NCBI GenBank assembly: GCA_012295275.1
Contig: CM022671.1
Location: forward strand, 11,842,001 to 11,906,000
From: Chrysomallon squamiferum
Lineage: Eukaryota > Animalia > Mollusca
Direction of reading: 5' to 3'
DNA: 64,000 nt
Shown here one piece after another: positions 1 through 11,300 of this stretch (position 1 is its first letter; the number at the start of each line of letters is the position of its first letter). The notes beneath the pieces were generated by a model, which had not been told where the DNA came from, did no database searches, and worked only from the letters and a program-made list of their open reading frames with translations. Position numbers and translations under genes: made by a program.

Positions 1-276
1 TTATCTGTTGTAAATAAAACAACCAATCAGACAAACAAACTACTAAAAACAGAAAATAAATATTAAGTCAATAATAAGAGAAAAACTGCAGATGTAATTT
101 CACTGATCTCATTCTGCCTAACGTAATGAAGATATTTCTATAAAAAATTAAAATCAAAGGTCAGTCATTTAGTTTTGATCTTCATTAAAGATTTATAAAA
201 AAAAAAAAAAATCAACAGAACCTAATATTTATTGATTTGAAATGAGTCAAGGTAATAAAATAAGAGAAATATTTAC

Positions 277-346
277 TCTTGTGTTGTCCCAAATAACTCC
301 ACATGTCACTCTGTCTCCCTTAGACCACATTTCATTCACCTGAGCT
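277..346 (-). CDS. DEPDC5: DEPDC5 coding exon 7
   Basis: AQVNEMWSKGDRVTCGVIWDNTR; AG/GT flanks. Confidence 0.9.
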
Positions 347-2764
347 CTGAATGGAAAATAGAAAATCAAAATTACATTAAATACTCATTAAGATAAATAG
401 TTTTGTTTATAAAAGGGGATAAACACACACTGTTCCTTTATTTTTATTAAGTTCAAAATGGTTCTTAATATATATATTTAAGTACTTTATCCTAAATTTT
501 CTGTTTGCAGATAAAATACAATTGTACAACCACTACTGCAGAATTATAATAATTTATGTTAGATAATAATATTTCAGCATAAATACTTTAGGAAATAACA
601 TTTATCCACCAAAATGGGTGGTCTGTTCTGCTTACCGCATCTCTGCAAATTTGACCTTTTTATTCAGATAAACACATGTTCCAACCTAAAACAACAACAA
701 GAAGACAAATCCCATAAAAATAAATATCAAAGAATCAATAGAACTATTTTGGATATTTACTAAATGAGCAATTATTAATGTTACTGTTTATTAACTTAAA
801 ACATATTTCTCCTGTTGTGAGGCAATATTAATCAAATTGTTGTTTTTGTAAGAAATCTTATTAAATTGAATTCTTTTTTTTTTAAGAATAAGCCAGTGGT
901 AAGTAGGGACTTATCTAATAAATAAAAAAAGATAAACAACTCAGAATTCTACCTAACCAGTGAAAATGATAGAACTATTTCAACAATTACTGGACTGTAG
1001 GTATGTAACAAGATAGATCTCATACCAGATTTTGTCTCAGTCTCCACATATCACTGCGGCTGTAATACTGTTCCTTGTACAACAACTCAACCAGATCAAG
1101 AGCAACATTCTGAAATAAATCAAGTAATAACACACCTTATGTTTAAAGTTGTGGTGAAAAAAAAAGAAAACAAAAGCAGATAATCCATGTCTGGAATTTC
1201 TAAAAATAAACATTTAAAATTTGAGGTTTTTAATTTTTATTTTAATTACCTTCGGATCAATTTTGTTAACACAGATATCTTTGTATGCTCTCAGTTGAAA
1301 TGTGTTTGCTATGGATTGCTCAATGCTCACTGTGTCTAAAACAACAAAAAACATGAAAATAAAATAAATCTTAATTACATTATTATTTTAAAAACAAATT
1401 AAATTTATTCATAAATACTTTTGACTATAAATGTTTCAATATTGTGAATGTGGTAAAACAAAAAAGTAAATTAAAAAGCAAAAAATATTATGCTTCAAAA
1501 GGAATGCATACAACAGGCACTGTATGCAGCTGCTTCAAATTTAACTGTATATAAAATCAGAATGTTAGAAATTTTGTGATTCCAATTATTCCAATTCAAA
1601 TTAAACACATTACAGAGGTTTTAAAAAAAATTAATGTTAACTTTTGTGCTTTTTATCATTAAGTAAATTGACTGGAAAATGAAAAGCTTAAAATAAAATA
1701 CCTTTCTGCTGGAAATCCTCTGACAGTGACTGAATCTGTAGCAGCAGTCTTCTACAAGATAAAAATATTGTTTTTGAGTATTTAGGGGTTTCAATTTGAT
1801 TTTTAATTAAAAAAGAATTTTGAAAGGAAAATTTTTTAATAAATATTTAGTAGCATGCAAACAAATCATTAATTTTATTATATTATATGGTTAAAAATAG
1901 AAATTAAATATCTTCATTAATCATTTCCAGTTTTAATATGTAACAATCACTTCAGTTGTTATTTTTTTTTTTTTTTTTGTGGTTTCTTTTTGTATGTTTG
2001 ATTCATATTTAAAATTGTAAATGAAAAGAAATTTTTTTTTTTTTTTGTTTTAAATAATGGAATATTATGAATCTCAAAAGCCCTATAATAAGCAATAACT
2101 TCTAATGAAAAGAAGAGTCAAAGAAACAATTTGATACCTGCATTCATTTTCTGGATTGTAAACCTCAAGTACATCACCCTCACTTACACTGGTAAATTCT
2201 TTAGGATTTATTAAAATATCATCATCTGCAATGACAGTAATATTTTATTATTATTATCAAATGTTAATTTAAGACTGTAAATTATACTTCATTATATTTT
2301 GTATATCTGTGATATGTTCTATATAGTATAATCATAATTTCTTTTCTGTTGCTGCAGTAATACTTTACATCAGCTATTATTGAGTGGTAAAAATATTGTT
2401 GTAAAATAAATTATTCTGAAAAAGTACGATGAATCCATGTTTAAAATGTATTTTTGCTTTTTGTAAGATTAAAAAAAAAAAAAAAAAAAAAAGATATCAC
2501 TAAGTATTTCAGATAGATGCTTATATATACTTTATTTATTTAAACTTTATAACCGAATGGGCTGGTAAATATTTGCAATCGCATGAGCCTAGCCGTGAAA
2601 ACAAATCATATTAATGCAACTTTTCGACAATTCCGCCATGTAACAACATCTGAATTATATTTTGCATTAACAAGCAAGTCATAAATATTATGCAAACGAA
2701 ACGATCAGTTTCTTGAATAACCTTTAAACTTTTTCTGATGAACACATAGTTTGTACGTTTTCAT
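277..2764 (-). CDS. DEPDC5: GATOR1 subunit DEPDC5, first 7 coding exons (gene continues past the left edge)
   Basis: Exons 2722-2764, 2138-2225, 1702-1751, 1250-1335, 1026-1109, 636-685 and 277-346 are all GT-AG and phase-consistent. They splice to MKTYKLCVHQKKFKDDDILINPKEFTSVSEGDVLEVYNPENECRRLLLQIQSLSEDFQQKDTVSIEQSIANTFQLRAYKDICVNKIDPKNVALDLVELLYKEQYYSRSDMWRLRQNLVGTCVYLNKKVKFAEMRAQVNEMWSKGDRVTCGVIWDNTR, which I recognise as the DEPDC5/Iml1 N-terminus (LDLVEL..K.QY..R.DMWRL). Confidence 0.93.
636..685 (-). CDS. DEPDC5: DEPDC5 coding exon 6
   Basis: VGTCVYLNKKVKFAEMR; GTAAG donor. Confidence 0.9.
1026..1109 (-). CDS. DEPDC5: DEPDC5 coding exon 5
   Basis: NVALDLVELLYKEQYYSRSDMWRLRQNL; AG/GT flanks. 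Confidence 0.93.
1250..1335 (-). CDS. DEPDC5: DEPDC5 coding exon 4
   Basis: TVSIEQSIANTFQLRAYKDICVNKIDPK; AG/GT flanks. Confidence 0.92.
1702..1751 (-). CDS. DEPDC5: DEPDC5 coding exon 3
   Basis: RLLLQIQSLSEDFQQK; AG/GT flanks. Confidence 0.9.
2138..2225 (-). CDS. DEPDC5: DEPDC5 coding exon 2
   Basis: DDILINPKEFTSVSEGDVLEVYNPENEC; AG/GT flanks. Confidence 0.9.
2722..2764 (-). CDS. DEPDC5: DEPDC5 coding exon 1 (ATG at 2764)
   Basis: MKTYKLCVHQKKFK plus G; weak GTTATT donor; phase 1 fits the next exon. Confidence 0.8.
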
Positions 2765-3072
2765 TTTTCACTATTTTAGTCTGCCATAAACAATAGAGTT
2801 ATTCCCCATTAAATATACAATCATGTGACGAGTTATATTACTATCAATGTGAAATAATAGCCGTAAAATATTTCCTTTCTACATAATTAACTTTCTAAAT
2901 TTTACCAAATGCACTTGTATTGAAGTAAATGTCTGACGTTATATAACTAACAAATATAAGGTTCCAGTACTTATAAATATATCATATGATAACAAATTGC
3001 CCTTTTTCTTTTTAATCTTTAAATAATTATAATGTATTTCTTCACAGTATATGAAATTTATTTATTTATTTA

Positions 3073-3145
<73 letters not shown>

Positions 3146-3286
3146 ACATTTCACGAGCAGTGGAAGTAAATTTATTGAATGTGCATGCGCTTTGGGCAGA
3201 TAGTCTGACCATGGTTTAAATATTACTGGGACACATGCAAGGTCGAATTTGATGAAGTGACATGTTTCGTGATTACTGTTATTAAA
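2765..3286. promoter_or_regulatory. Bidirectional promoter region shared by DEPDC5 and MRPL16
   Basis: Divergent start codons at 2764(-) and 3287(+); more CpG than the flanking gene bodies; M-box-like TCATGTGAC at 2821-2829, GGAAGT at 3162-3167, NRF1-like TGTGCATGCGC at 3180-3190. Confidence 0.7.
3078..3144. repeat. (ATT)n microsatellite
   Basis: About 22 uninterrupted ATT units. Confidence 0.95.
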
Positions 3287-3368
3287 ATGAATGTCATGTT
3301 TTCGAAATCTGAATTATGCTTCAAGACACTAAAATGCATCAACTGCTCAGCTCTGCTCCAGGCAGCAG
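3287..3368 (+). CDS. MRPL16: MRPL16 exon 1 (putative mitochondrial targeting region)
   Basis: MNVMFSKSELCFKTLKCINCSALLQAA, CAG|GT donor at 3369; chosen by phase match, poorly conserved region. Confidence 0.65.
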
Positions 3369-3802
3369 GTATATTTGTGTATTATTAAATATATGTATAA
3401 TAATAAAAAATAATATTGTCATTGGCACGACTGAGACGAATGATTAAATACTAAATAAGCAAATACTGAAATAGGCAGGAATTTTATTTGGCATTGTGGT
3501 TACTGTCACTTTAATCCTATACTTAAACGAAAACTTCGAGATCTCGAAAATAATTTCAAAAGTAACAGATAAAACGATTCAGTTTGATCGTGACATACAA
3601 GAAACTGCTAAGGCTAAGCTAACAGGATAAATGTAACACAGATTCCTCTTTTAGTTTTAACTTTTTAAGTTAAATTTTTTATATTAACTAATCGTCAAAC
3701 AGTAACACGATCAGTAAGCCTATTACACTTTTGTTATCCCATACATAACATTGTATTGCCAATATTTATTAATTTTATTATTATATTTGTATTAGTTGTT
3801 GT

Positions 3803-3833
<31 letters not shown>

Positions 3834-4185
3834 TTTTAATCAGACACAATAATGAAGACATTTTTAGAATTTAAATATACCTTTTATTTTATTTGCAGGA
3901 AAAGGGGCAAGAAAAACACAGATTGTTTCACTAATGAAATGTGAACCTCCACCATCATTTGATCGTATGTTACTTCAGATAAAATGTTTTTACTTGTGGA
4001 AAAAAAATACTATTCATAGTTAAATTATTTATTTTCAGGTTTAAAATCATTCAGTGAATAGTTTTTATAAAGATAAACTCCAGAATTCACTGTATTTGTA
4101 TTGTTTAATAGAAGTTAAATTTAACATTTGTTTGAACAAGATTTATCTTAATGGTTAAAATATATAGTTTTAATAAACCATATAA

Positions 4186-4216
<31 letters not shown>

Positions 4217-5589
4217 CATTATTATTGTTATTATTATATTTTTTTTCAGATGTTGAATTTCCAGAGAGAAGGAAATTACGTTTCTATGAAAGGGTACCAC
4301 AGATGGCAGCCAATGTTCGACCTCCCAAGATGATGAAAGATTTATTTCTAATGAGAGGACCAGAACTCATCCACAACAAACTCCAGTTTGGTGATTTTGG
4401 TATTCAGGTATTTGAAAATGCTTCATTTATTTTTACATCATTTTTATAACACTGCAGAATACATCCAGGCAGACAGAACCAGAAAATAATGTATAAATGT
4501 TTTATCCACACACTCGAGATGAACATGTATCATTTGCTAAAAGAATATAATGTTGCATTTTTACAGGATGTCTTAATTTTTTAACTGAATGTTCTGCTTC
4601 ATTTCATTATTTCACATACATTTTACTGAAAGTGATGTTACCAAAAACCATTTTTTAATTTTTTTAATTATTTAAACTTGAACTCATGATTGGAGTGGTT
4701 TAGTTTCTTTTCTGTAAAAAGAGTTCAATCCACTGTGGTTTCTTTGACTCATTTGCACATGCATGCACACAGACAGTGTTCTAGACTTTGTTATGACTAA
4801 TGTGATTAGGTATCTGAGACTGATGATTTAATTAAGACCTTAGTTTAGAATAATCTTCCGTTTTAAAAAAATTGATAATTGTTTTAAAACTGCATTATCA
4901 GCTTAATGCTCAGGTTGTAATGCATGATGTAAAAGACTGGAATAATCACTATTTTTGTTTTACTTAGATATTTTAAAATTTATCTGTAGACTGTTTAAAT
5001 TTATATTTTGCTGTATTGCATTAGTTAGTATTTTGATATAGAATTGTTCTTGACTAGATAAAAGAAAACAATTTTTAAAATTATTTTAATTAAGAGTAGA
5101 CTCTAAATTAAAATAACTTCAAACTTGCAGGCTATCACTGGTGGAAGACTGCGCTGGGGACATTTTGAAATGATTCGTCTAACAATAAACAGAAAAATTG
5201 ATGACAGTCGAATGTTTGCCATTTGGCGAGTGGACCCACCATGGCAATCTGTCACAAAGAAAGGTCAAGGTCACAGGATGGGTGGTGGAAAAGGAGCTAT
5301 AAATCACTATGTCACTCCAATCCGGGCAGACCGCATTATTGTGGAAATTGGAGGCAAATGTGAATTTCAGGAAATAAAGAAGATTTTGACTCAGGTTGCA
5401 AAAATCTTACCTTTCAAAGCTCGTGTGGTCAGCAAACAGATGCTTCAAGACGAGGCTGCTAAAGAAAAATTTATTGAAGAAAATAATATCAATCCCTTCT
5501 CATTTAAATACTGCACAGAAAACAACATGTTAGGGTGCAAGACCTGGTTAAGTCCTTATGACTTCATGTGGCATGGGAAGTACAGATAA
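3287..5589 (+). CDS. MRPL16: Mitochondrial large-subunit ribosomal protein L16 (uL16m), 4 exons, 254 aa
   Basis: Exons 3287-3368, 3899-3964, 4250-4407 and 5131-5589 join in frame (765 nt including TAA). Diagnostic motifs: RGPELIHNKLQFGDFGIQAITGGRLRWGHFEMIRLTINR and KKGQGHRMGGGKGAINHYVTP, ending SPYDFMWHGKYR. Confidence 0.95.
3899..3964 (+). CDS. MRPL16: MRPL16 exon 2
   Basis: TTTGCAG acceptor, GTATGT donor; KGARKTQIVSLMKCEPPPSFD. Confidence 0.8.
4250..4407 (+). CDS. MRPL16: MRPL16 exon 3
   Basis: TTTTCAG acceptor; VEFPERRKLRFYERVPQ...RGPELIHNKLQFGDFGIQ; GTA donor. Confidence 0.93.
5131..5589 (+). CDS. MRPL16: MRPL16 exon 4 (terminal coding exon)
   Basis: TTGCAG acceptor; core L16 domain; TAA at 5587-5589. 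Confidence 0.96.
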   Translation, partial: AITGGRLRWGHFEMIRLTINRKIDDSRMFAIWRVDPPWQSVTKKGQGHRMGGGKGAINHYVTPIRADRIIVEIGGKCEFQEIKKILTQVAKILPFKARVVSKQMLQDEAAKEKFIEENNINPFSFKYCTENNMLGCKTWLSPYDFMWHGKYR

Positions 5590-5719
5590 TGCACAGTTTA
5601 AAACTATTCTCTCTGTCATTCATTTATAAAGACGTTTTCTGTTTTAACCACTGGTTTTCATAAAATGACTTTTCAAACGTTTATTGAATGACTATCAGTA
5701 AGAAAACTAAAATAACCAT

Positions 5720-5889
5720 AATAAAAGTGGAAAGCAATTTATTTACACCCCATAAATCACATACAGATGTTAACTGCAAAGACAGTGTTTAAATTTAGGA
5801 CAGTTTGAGAACTTGTTAAGATGTAGTAATGATTACTAATATAACTAGAACACAATGTGGCTGATAAAATGTGCTAAAATTTTAATAAA
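5720..5889 (+). terminator. Candidate MRPL16 poly(A) signals
   Basis: AATAAA at 5720-5725 and 5884-5889; the latter is followed by a GT/T-rich tract near 5912-5940. Weak evidence in AT-rich DNA. Confidence 0.4.
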
Positions 5890-7561
5890 TCTATAAATAT
5901 AATATTTCTTCAGTGTGTTTTTTTGTTTTGTTTTTTCCTTGTATGGTAGGTACTTTGTTAATAGTTGATATTTGTAATAATAATATTTAATCAAGAGGGA
6001 CAATTTTCCTAGATTTTCCATGACAGAACTGATCTAAAACATCCGGTTTTTTTCTTGCTTCCCATGCAAATACCCAAATATCTTATCTAAGAAATTCGGC
6101 CTTTTCAATTTTTCCATCACCTCAAGTCATAATTATAAAAAAAGAAGACAAATAAAAAAGACAAAAACAATAGATATCTAATGTTTATTCAGCAAAATAA
6201 AATAACACCAAAACAATTCTTCAACCTGACCAGCTGTTGAGAGAAAACCACATCCCAAGAGAAATTACTAAGAAGTTATAAAATAATAATATTTTATAAT
6301 ATTCAGTCTTTATTAAAAGATAATACATAAACGCATCCAGAAAATGAAAATGCTAATTTAAAATACTGCAGAAAAAAAATGAAATGCCTTTAATGTTAGC
6401 TAGGCACAATCATGCACAATAAATGGTTAAAAGCATTCACATTTATTAAAGGACAAAACAAGAAAACTTAATTCCCTTGATCTGTTCAGAAAATAACCAT
6501 AACTAAAGAGATTACAACATGAAATAACCTTCTGAAATATAAAATGTTGATTACATCATTTTACTATAACCAAATGCATCATGAAAAAATAACAATTCAT
6601 GGATACATTAAAAATGATGCTTCATAACATGGTCCCATGTATGAAATAAAATATAACATTTATAATATAAAATGTATGAGATTATATGTATATATATATA
6701 TATATATAACCATGCACTTTGTATTTTTTCTTTCAATTTTTAATTTTTTTTTTTTTAAATTTACTGAAAGTTTATTTAATTATTTTTCATAATTACAAAT
6801 GTATGGTATATTTTAATTTTATTAAATTCAGTCATTTTATTTAGAAATATTTATAACAATAGTTAAGACAAAAACCCACACTGACATACCAAAATTTTGT
6901 ATATGCTGTTGCATAATGTTACCTGTTTTGCACAGAATAGTCACCAAGTCTACAAATGATATGCATCTGCTAATTTAGAATATTATTTTTTTTAGAAACT
7001 GACAAAATATATTTAAAAAGTAAATACTGAAATAATTTTAATATATAATGTATACTTGTACTGAAACAAAATAACCAAAACAAAATTTATAAATAAAATT
7101 GAAAAAACCAAACAAAAACCAAACAAAAAAAATGACAATAATAAAATAATAATAATTATTTTACAACACATATTTGAGTAAAATGTATATGTTATGTAAC
7201 ATGCACCAGTTTGATAACATTAATAAGTAAAGTATGAGAAATACATTTAATTACTTTTCTTTCCTCAAATATTATTTACCTTCTATATCTTTTCCACATG
7301 AAATAAAATAATATTGACACATAAGGCAGCATTTTGAAAATTTGCTCCAAAAATAAATGTTAAATTTTACAACGAAATGCTAAAAAAAAATCAGACTTGA
7401 CCAACATATTTCAAACAGAACATAAGTAATACCCATTCCAAAAAAAGTAAAAATTTAGCCAATAAATTAATGAAACTGTAGTCCTGTAAAAATGTGTTAG
7501 AGAATAATTGCATTTGCACAGTTAGTTTCAGCAAAATGATCAGTTAGTAACTTCCACAGAA

Positions 7562-7628
7562 TTAGATTTTGTCTTTTGCCATGTGGAACTCCTTTTCTCC
7601 ATGTACTTTCATCATGTGTTCAGCAAAC
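7562..7628 (-). CDS. CUX1: CASP terminal exon
   Basis: [21 protein letters not shown], stop TAA at 7562-7564. Confidence 0.88.
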
Positions 7629-7752
7629 CTAAAATATAAACAACATAATGAACATTCCTTGATTTGCTTCAATATATTTAATTATTTCAGATAATTTCAC
7701 TTCTCATATATATTGGTTAATTGTTTGTATATTTTAATTTTAATCAGCAAAC

Positions 7753-7795
<43 letters not shown>

Positions 7796-7938
7796 TCAAA
7801 ATGACCAGTGCAAAAGATAAAATGGTAAAATAACAATAACTTTATTAAACATATTTTTAAAGTGTGGGTGCTTGGGTGTGGGTGTGGGTGTTTATTTATA
7901 AATAGACTAGAGTTTTAGAAATTTAGGGTCAGTGACTA

Positions 7939-7969
<31 letters not shown>

Positions 7970-8317
7970 GCGTTGAACTTTAAAATTCACACACTTATTA
8001 TTTAGGTTAATGTAGAAACTTACTGGTTGTGACAGTCCATTGCTATGTCTCTCTTACATGATTCAGTGTGTGCTAGTTTGTACAGGACCTGTAAATAACA
8101 ATATTTTAACACACAAGGTTTTGAATGAACGTAAAATTTTTATTTTAAATAAATAGGCATTTATGTAATTCCAAAATAAGTCTTTGATCTTCATGTTGGG
8201 CTCTATTCCATTCCATACAGTGCATGATCACTGTGTTTGTATTATTTATAATAAACTTTAAAAAGTGACTTGTTATTATCAGTAACAGTAGTCTACTGTA
8301 GTAAAAACATCCAAATT

Positions 8318-8352
<35 letters not shown>

Positions 8353-11300
8353 TTGGGAGCTTGTGAGGTTTTTAAAGTACATTGTAAACACTGTTGTTTT
8401 TTTTTCCTTTGAAAAGCTATTAATCATTCATTATTAATTTGAACAACAACAATAAATATATAAATAAATAAGCAAATAAATAAATACATAAATTAATTAA
8501 TTAATTAAAAAATAAAAACAAATAAAAATAATAAATTATTAAGGAAAGAGAAAAGGATAGTAATAAATTTAAAAATTCATATAGATAAAATTACTGATGA
8601 CTTACCAAGAAAACCAAAGAATGGAGGAGAATTGTGTAAAAGAAAGCCACGGTTCGTGCCACTTTGTTGCCCATGATAAAACGTCCCTGGAAGATATAAA
8701 TAAAAATAAAAATAATATATATCATTCTGTACTATTTGTATCACAACTAAAAGATATATTAAATATATTAGTGCATAAAGAAATTTTTTATTTTAAATCA
8801 TGAAAATCAAAATTATGATGAATATCTGTGAAGTATCTGTTGAAATATATCATCAGTATGCTCTTTTTTTACATCTTTATTTTACAAAACATATCTTTGT
8901 ATTAGTTTGTAAGTGATTATATTATCACTTAACATTTCATTGCTATTTTACAACAACAAGGCAGATAACTTTGGGTTTGGCAGCAGTAAAATAATAAATA
9001 ATAAAAATGTGCAAAACTATAATTTCATAATTGTAGCCTAAATGACAAAATATCTGTACTTGTTACTGAAGATTAAATTCATAACCAAACTTTTGAGCCC
9101 TGTTAATTTGTTTCAGTGTATCTGAATCCATGGCAGAAATAACTGTCCAGCAAAATATAAAATATAATTATCTGCTAACATTGCAAAGCAAGAATTTGTT
9201 TATTTTAAAAAATAATTAATTAAATACTTCTTATGAGATGGATTTTCATACTGGTTGTAAACTTACCATGCTGAGAGTGATTTTATCATAGGGCTTGAGA
9301 TTCATGTATTTTCTTACACGTTCCTGAAATGCATATACGTGTGAGAAGTACCCTTCAAGTTGGCAATTACACCATTCATATGTACTACAGAACAAACACT
9401 TCAGATTCATTAAATAAATAGATTTCATGAGAAAATGAGTTTTTAAGAAGAAACAAAAGAAAGGAAAAATTATTTATGACACAGTACTTTATTAATTTAT
9501 CAGTTCGATGTAATAAATGGATTCCAAAATTGACGTGTAATTTGCAAATGCATTACAGAGATAAATAAAACAAAACATGAAAAGCTGATTATATCAGTAA
9601 ATTAATTTTCAAATACCTTCTTGCTGAAAGTTGAGAATGGGTCGAGTTTGTCTTCATACTGAATAGAGTAACGACTCTCTGTGTCTTCTGAAGAAACTTT
9701 TGACTACAAAACCAAAATACAAATAATATAAATCACCATTAAGTAGACCTAAATATTCCACTTTATAACCTTATTAACTCTGGGTGACACAAATACTAAA
9801 ACTAAATGAAATGCAGGCAAAATTATTACTTAACACATGTAATACAGTTGTACATAAAACCAAACTAACTCAATCACATAAAACAGCTGTATATAAAAGT
9901 GAATATACTCAGCTGCAGACAGTCCTCTGTAAGACAGCTGTGTAGAAATCTGAACATACTCAGCTGGAGACAGGGCTGTGTAAGACAGCTGTGTAGAAAT
10001 CTGAACACACTCAGCTGTAGACAGTCCTCTGTAAGACAGCTGTGTATAAATCTGAACACACTCAGCTGTAGACAGTCCTCTGTAAGACAGCTGTGTATAA
10101 AACTGAACACCCTCAGCTGTAGACAGGCCTGTGTAAGACACCTGTGTAGAAATCTGAACACATTCAGCTGTAGACAGGCCTGTGTAAGACACCTGTGTAG
10201 AAATCTGAACACACTTAGCTGCAGACAGGCCTGTGTAAGCGAGCTGTTTAGAAATCTGAACAGACTCTGCTGCAGACAGGCCTGTGTAAGACAGCTGTGT
10301 ATAAAACTGAACATCTTCAGCTGTAGATAGGCCTGTATAAGACAGCTGTGTATAAAACTCAACACACTCAGCTGCAGACAGGCCTGGGTAACACAACTGT
10401 GTAGAAATCTGAACACACTCAGCTGCAGACAGTCCTCTGTAAGACAGCTGTGTATAAATCTGAACAGAGTCAGCTGCAGACAGGCCTGTGTAAGTCAGCT
10501 GTGTATAAAACTGAACACCCTCAGCTGCAGACAGGCCTGGGTAAGACAGTTGTGTATAAAACTGAACATCTTCAGCTGTAGACAGGCCTGTGTAAGACAG
10601 CTGTGTAGAAATCTGAACACCCTCAGCTGCAGACAGGCCTGTGTAAGACAGCTGTGTATAAAACTGAACACCCTCAGCTGCAGACAGGCCTGTGTAAGAC
10701 AACTGTGAATAAAATTGAAGACCATCAGGTGCAGACAGGCCAGACAAGGCTGCAGACAGGCCTGTGTAAGACTGCTGTGTAGAAATCTGAACACACTCAG
10801 CTGCAGACAGGCCTGTGTAGGACAGCTGTTTATAAAACTGAACATCTTCAGCTGTAGACAGGCCTGTGTAAGACAGCTGTGTATAAAACTGAACTCTTAG
10901 CTGTTGACAGGCCTGTGTAAGACAGCTGTGCATAAAACTGAACATCTTCAGCTGTAGATAGGCCTGTGTAAGACAGCTGTGTATAAAATTCAACACACTC
11001 AGCTGCAGACAGGCCTGGGGAACAAAACTGTGTAGAAATCTGAACACACTCAGCTGTAGACAGGCCTGTGTAAGACAGCTGCAGATAAAACTGAACACCA
11101 TCAGCTGCAGACAGGCCTGTGTAAGACTGTTGTGTAGAAATCTGTACATACTCAGCTGTAGACAGGCCGGTGTAAGACTGTTGTGTAGAAATCTGTACAT
11201 ACTCAGCTGTAGAGAAGCATGAGTAAGACAGCTGTGTATAAAACTGAACACCCTCAGCTGTAGACAGGCCTGTGTAAAATAGCTCTGTATAAAACAACAC

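Noticed and set aside
4151-4333. Poly-Tyr ORF
   Set aside because: (TAT)n microsatellite in MRPL16 intron 2 read into the wrong frame of exon 3
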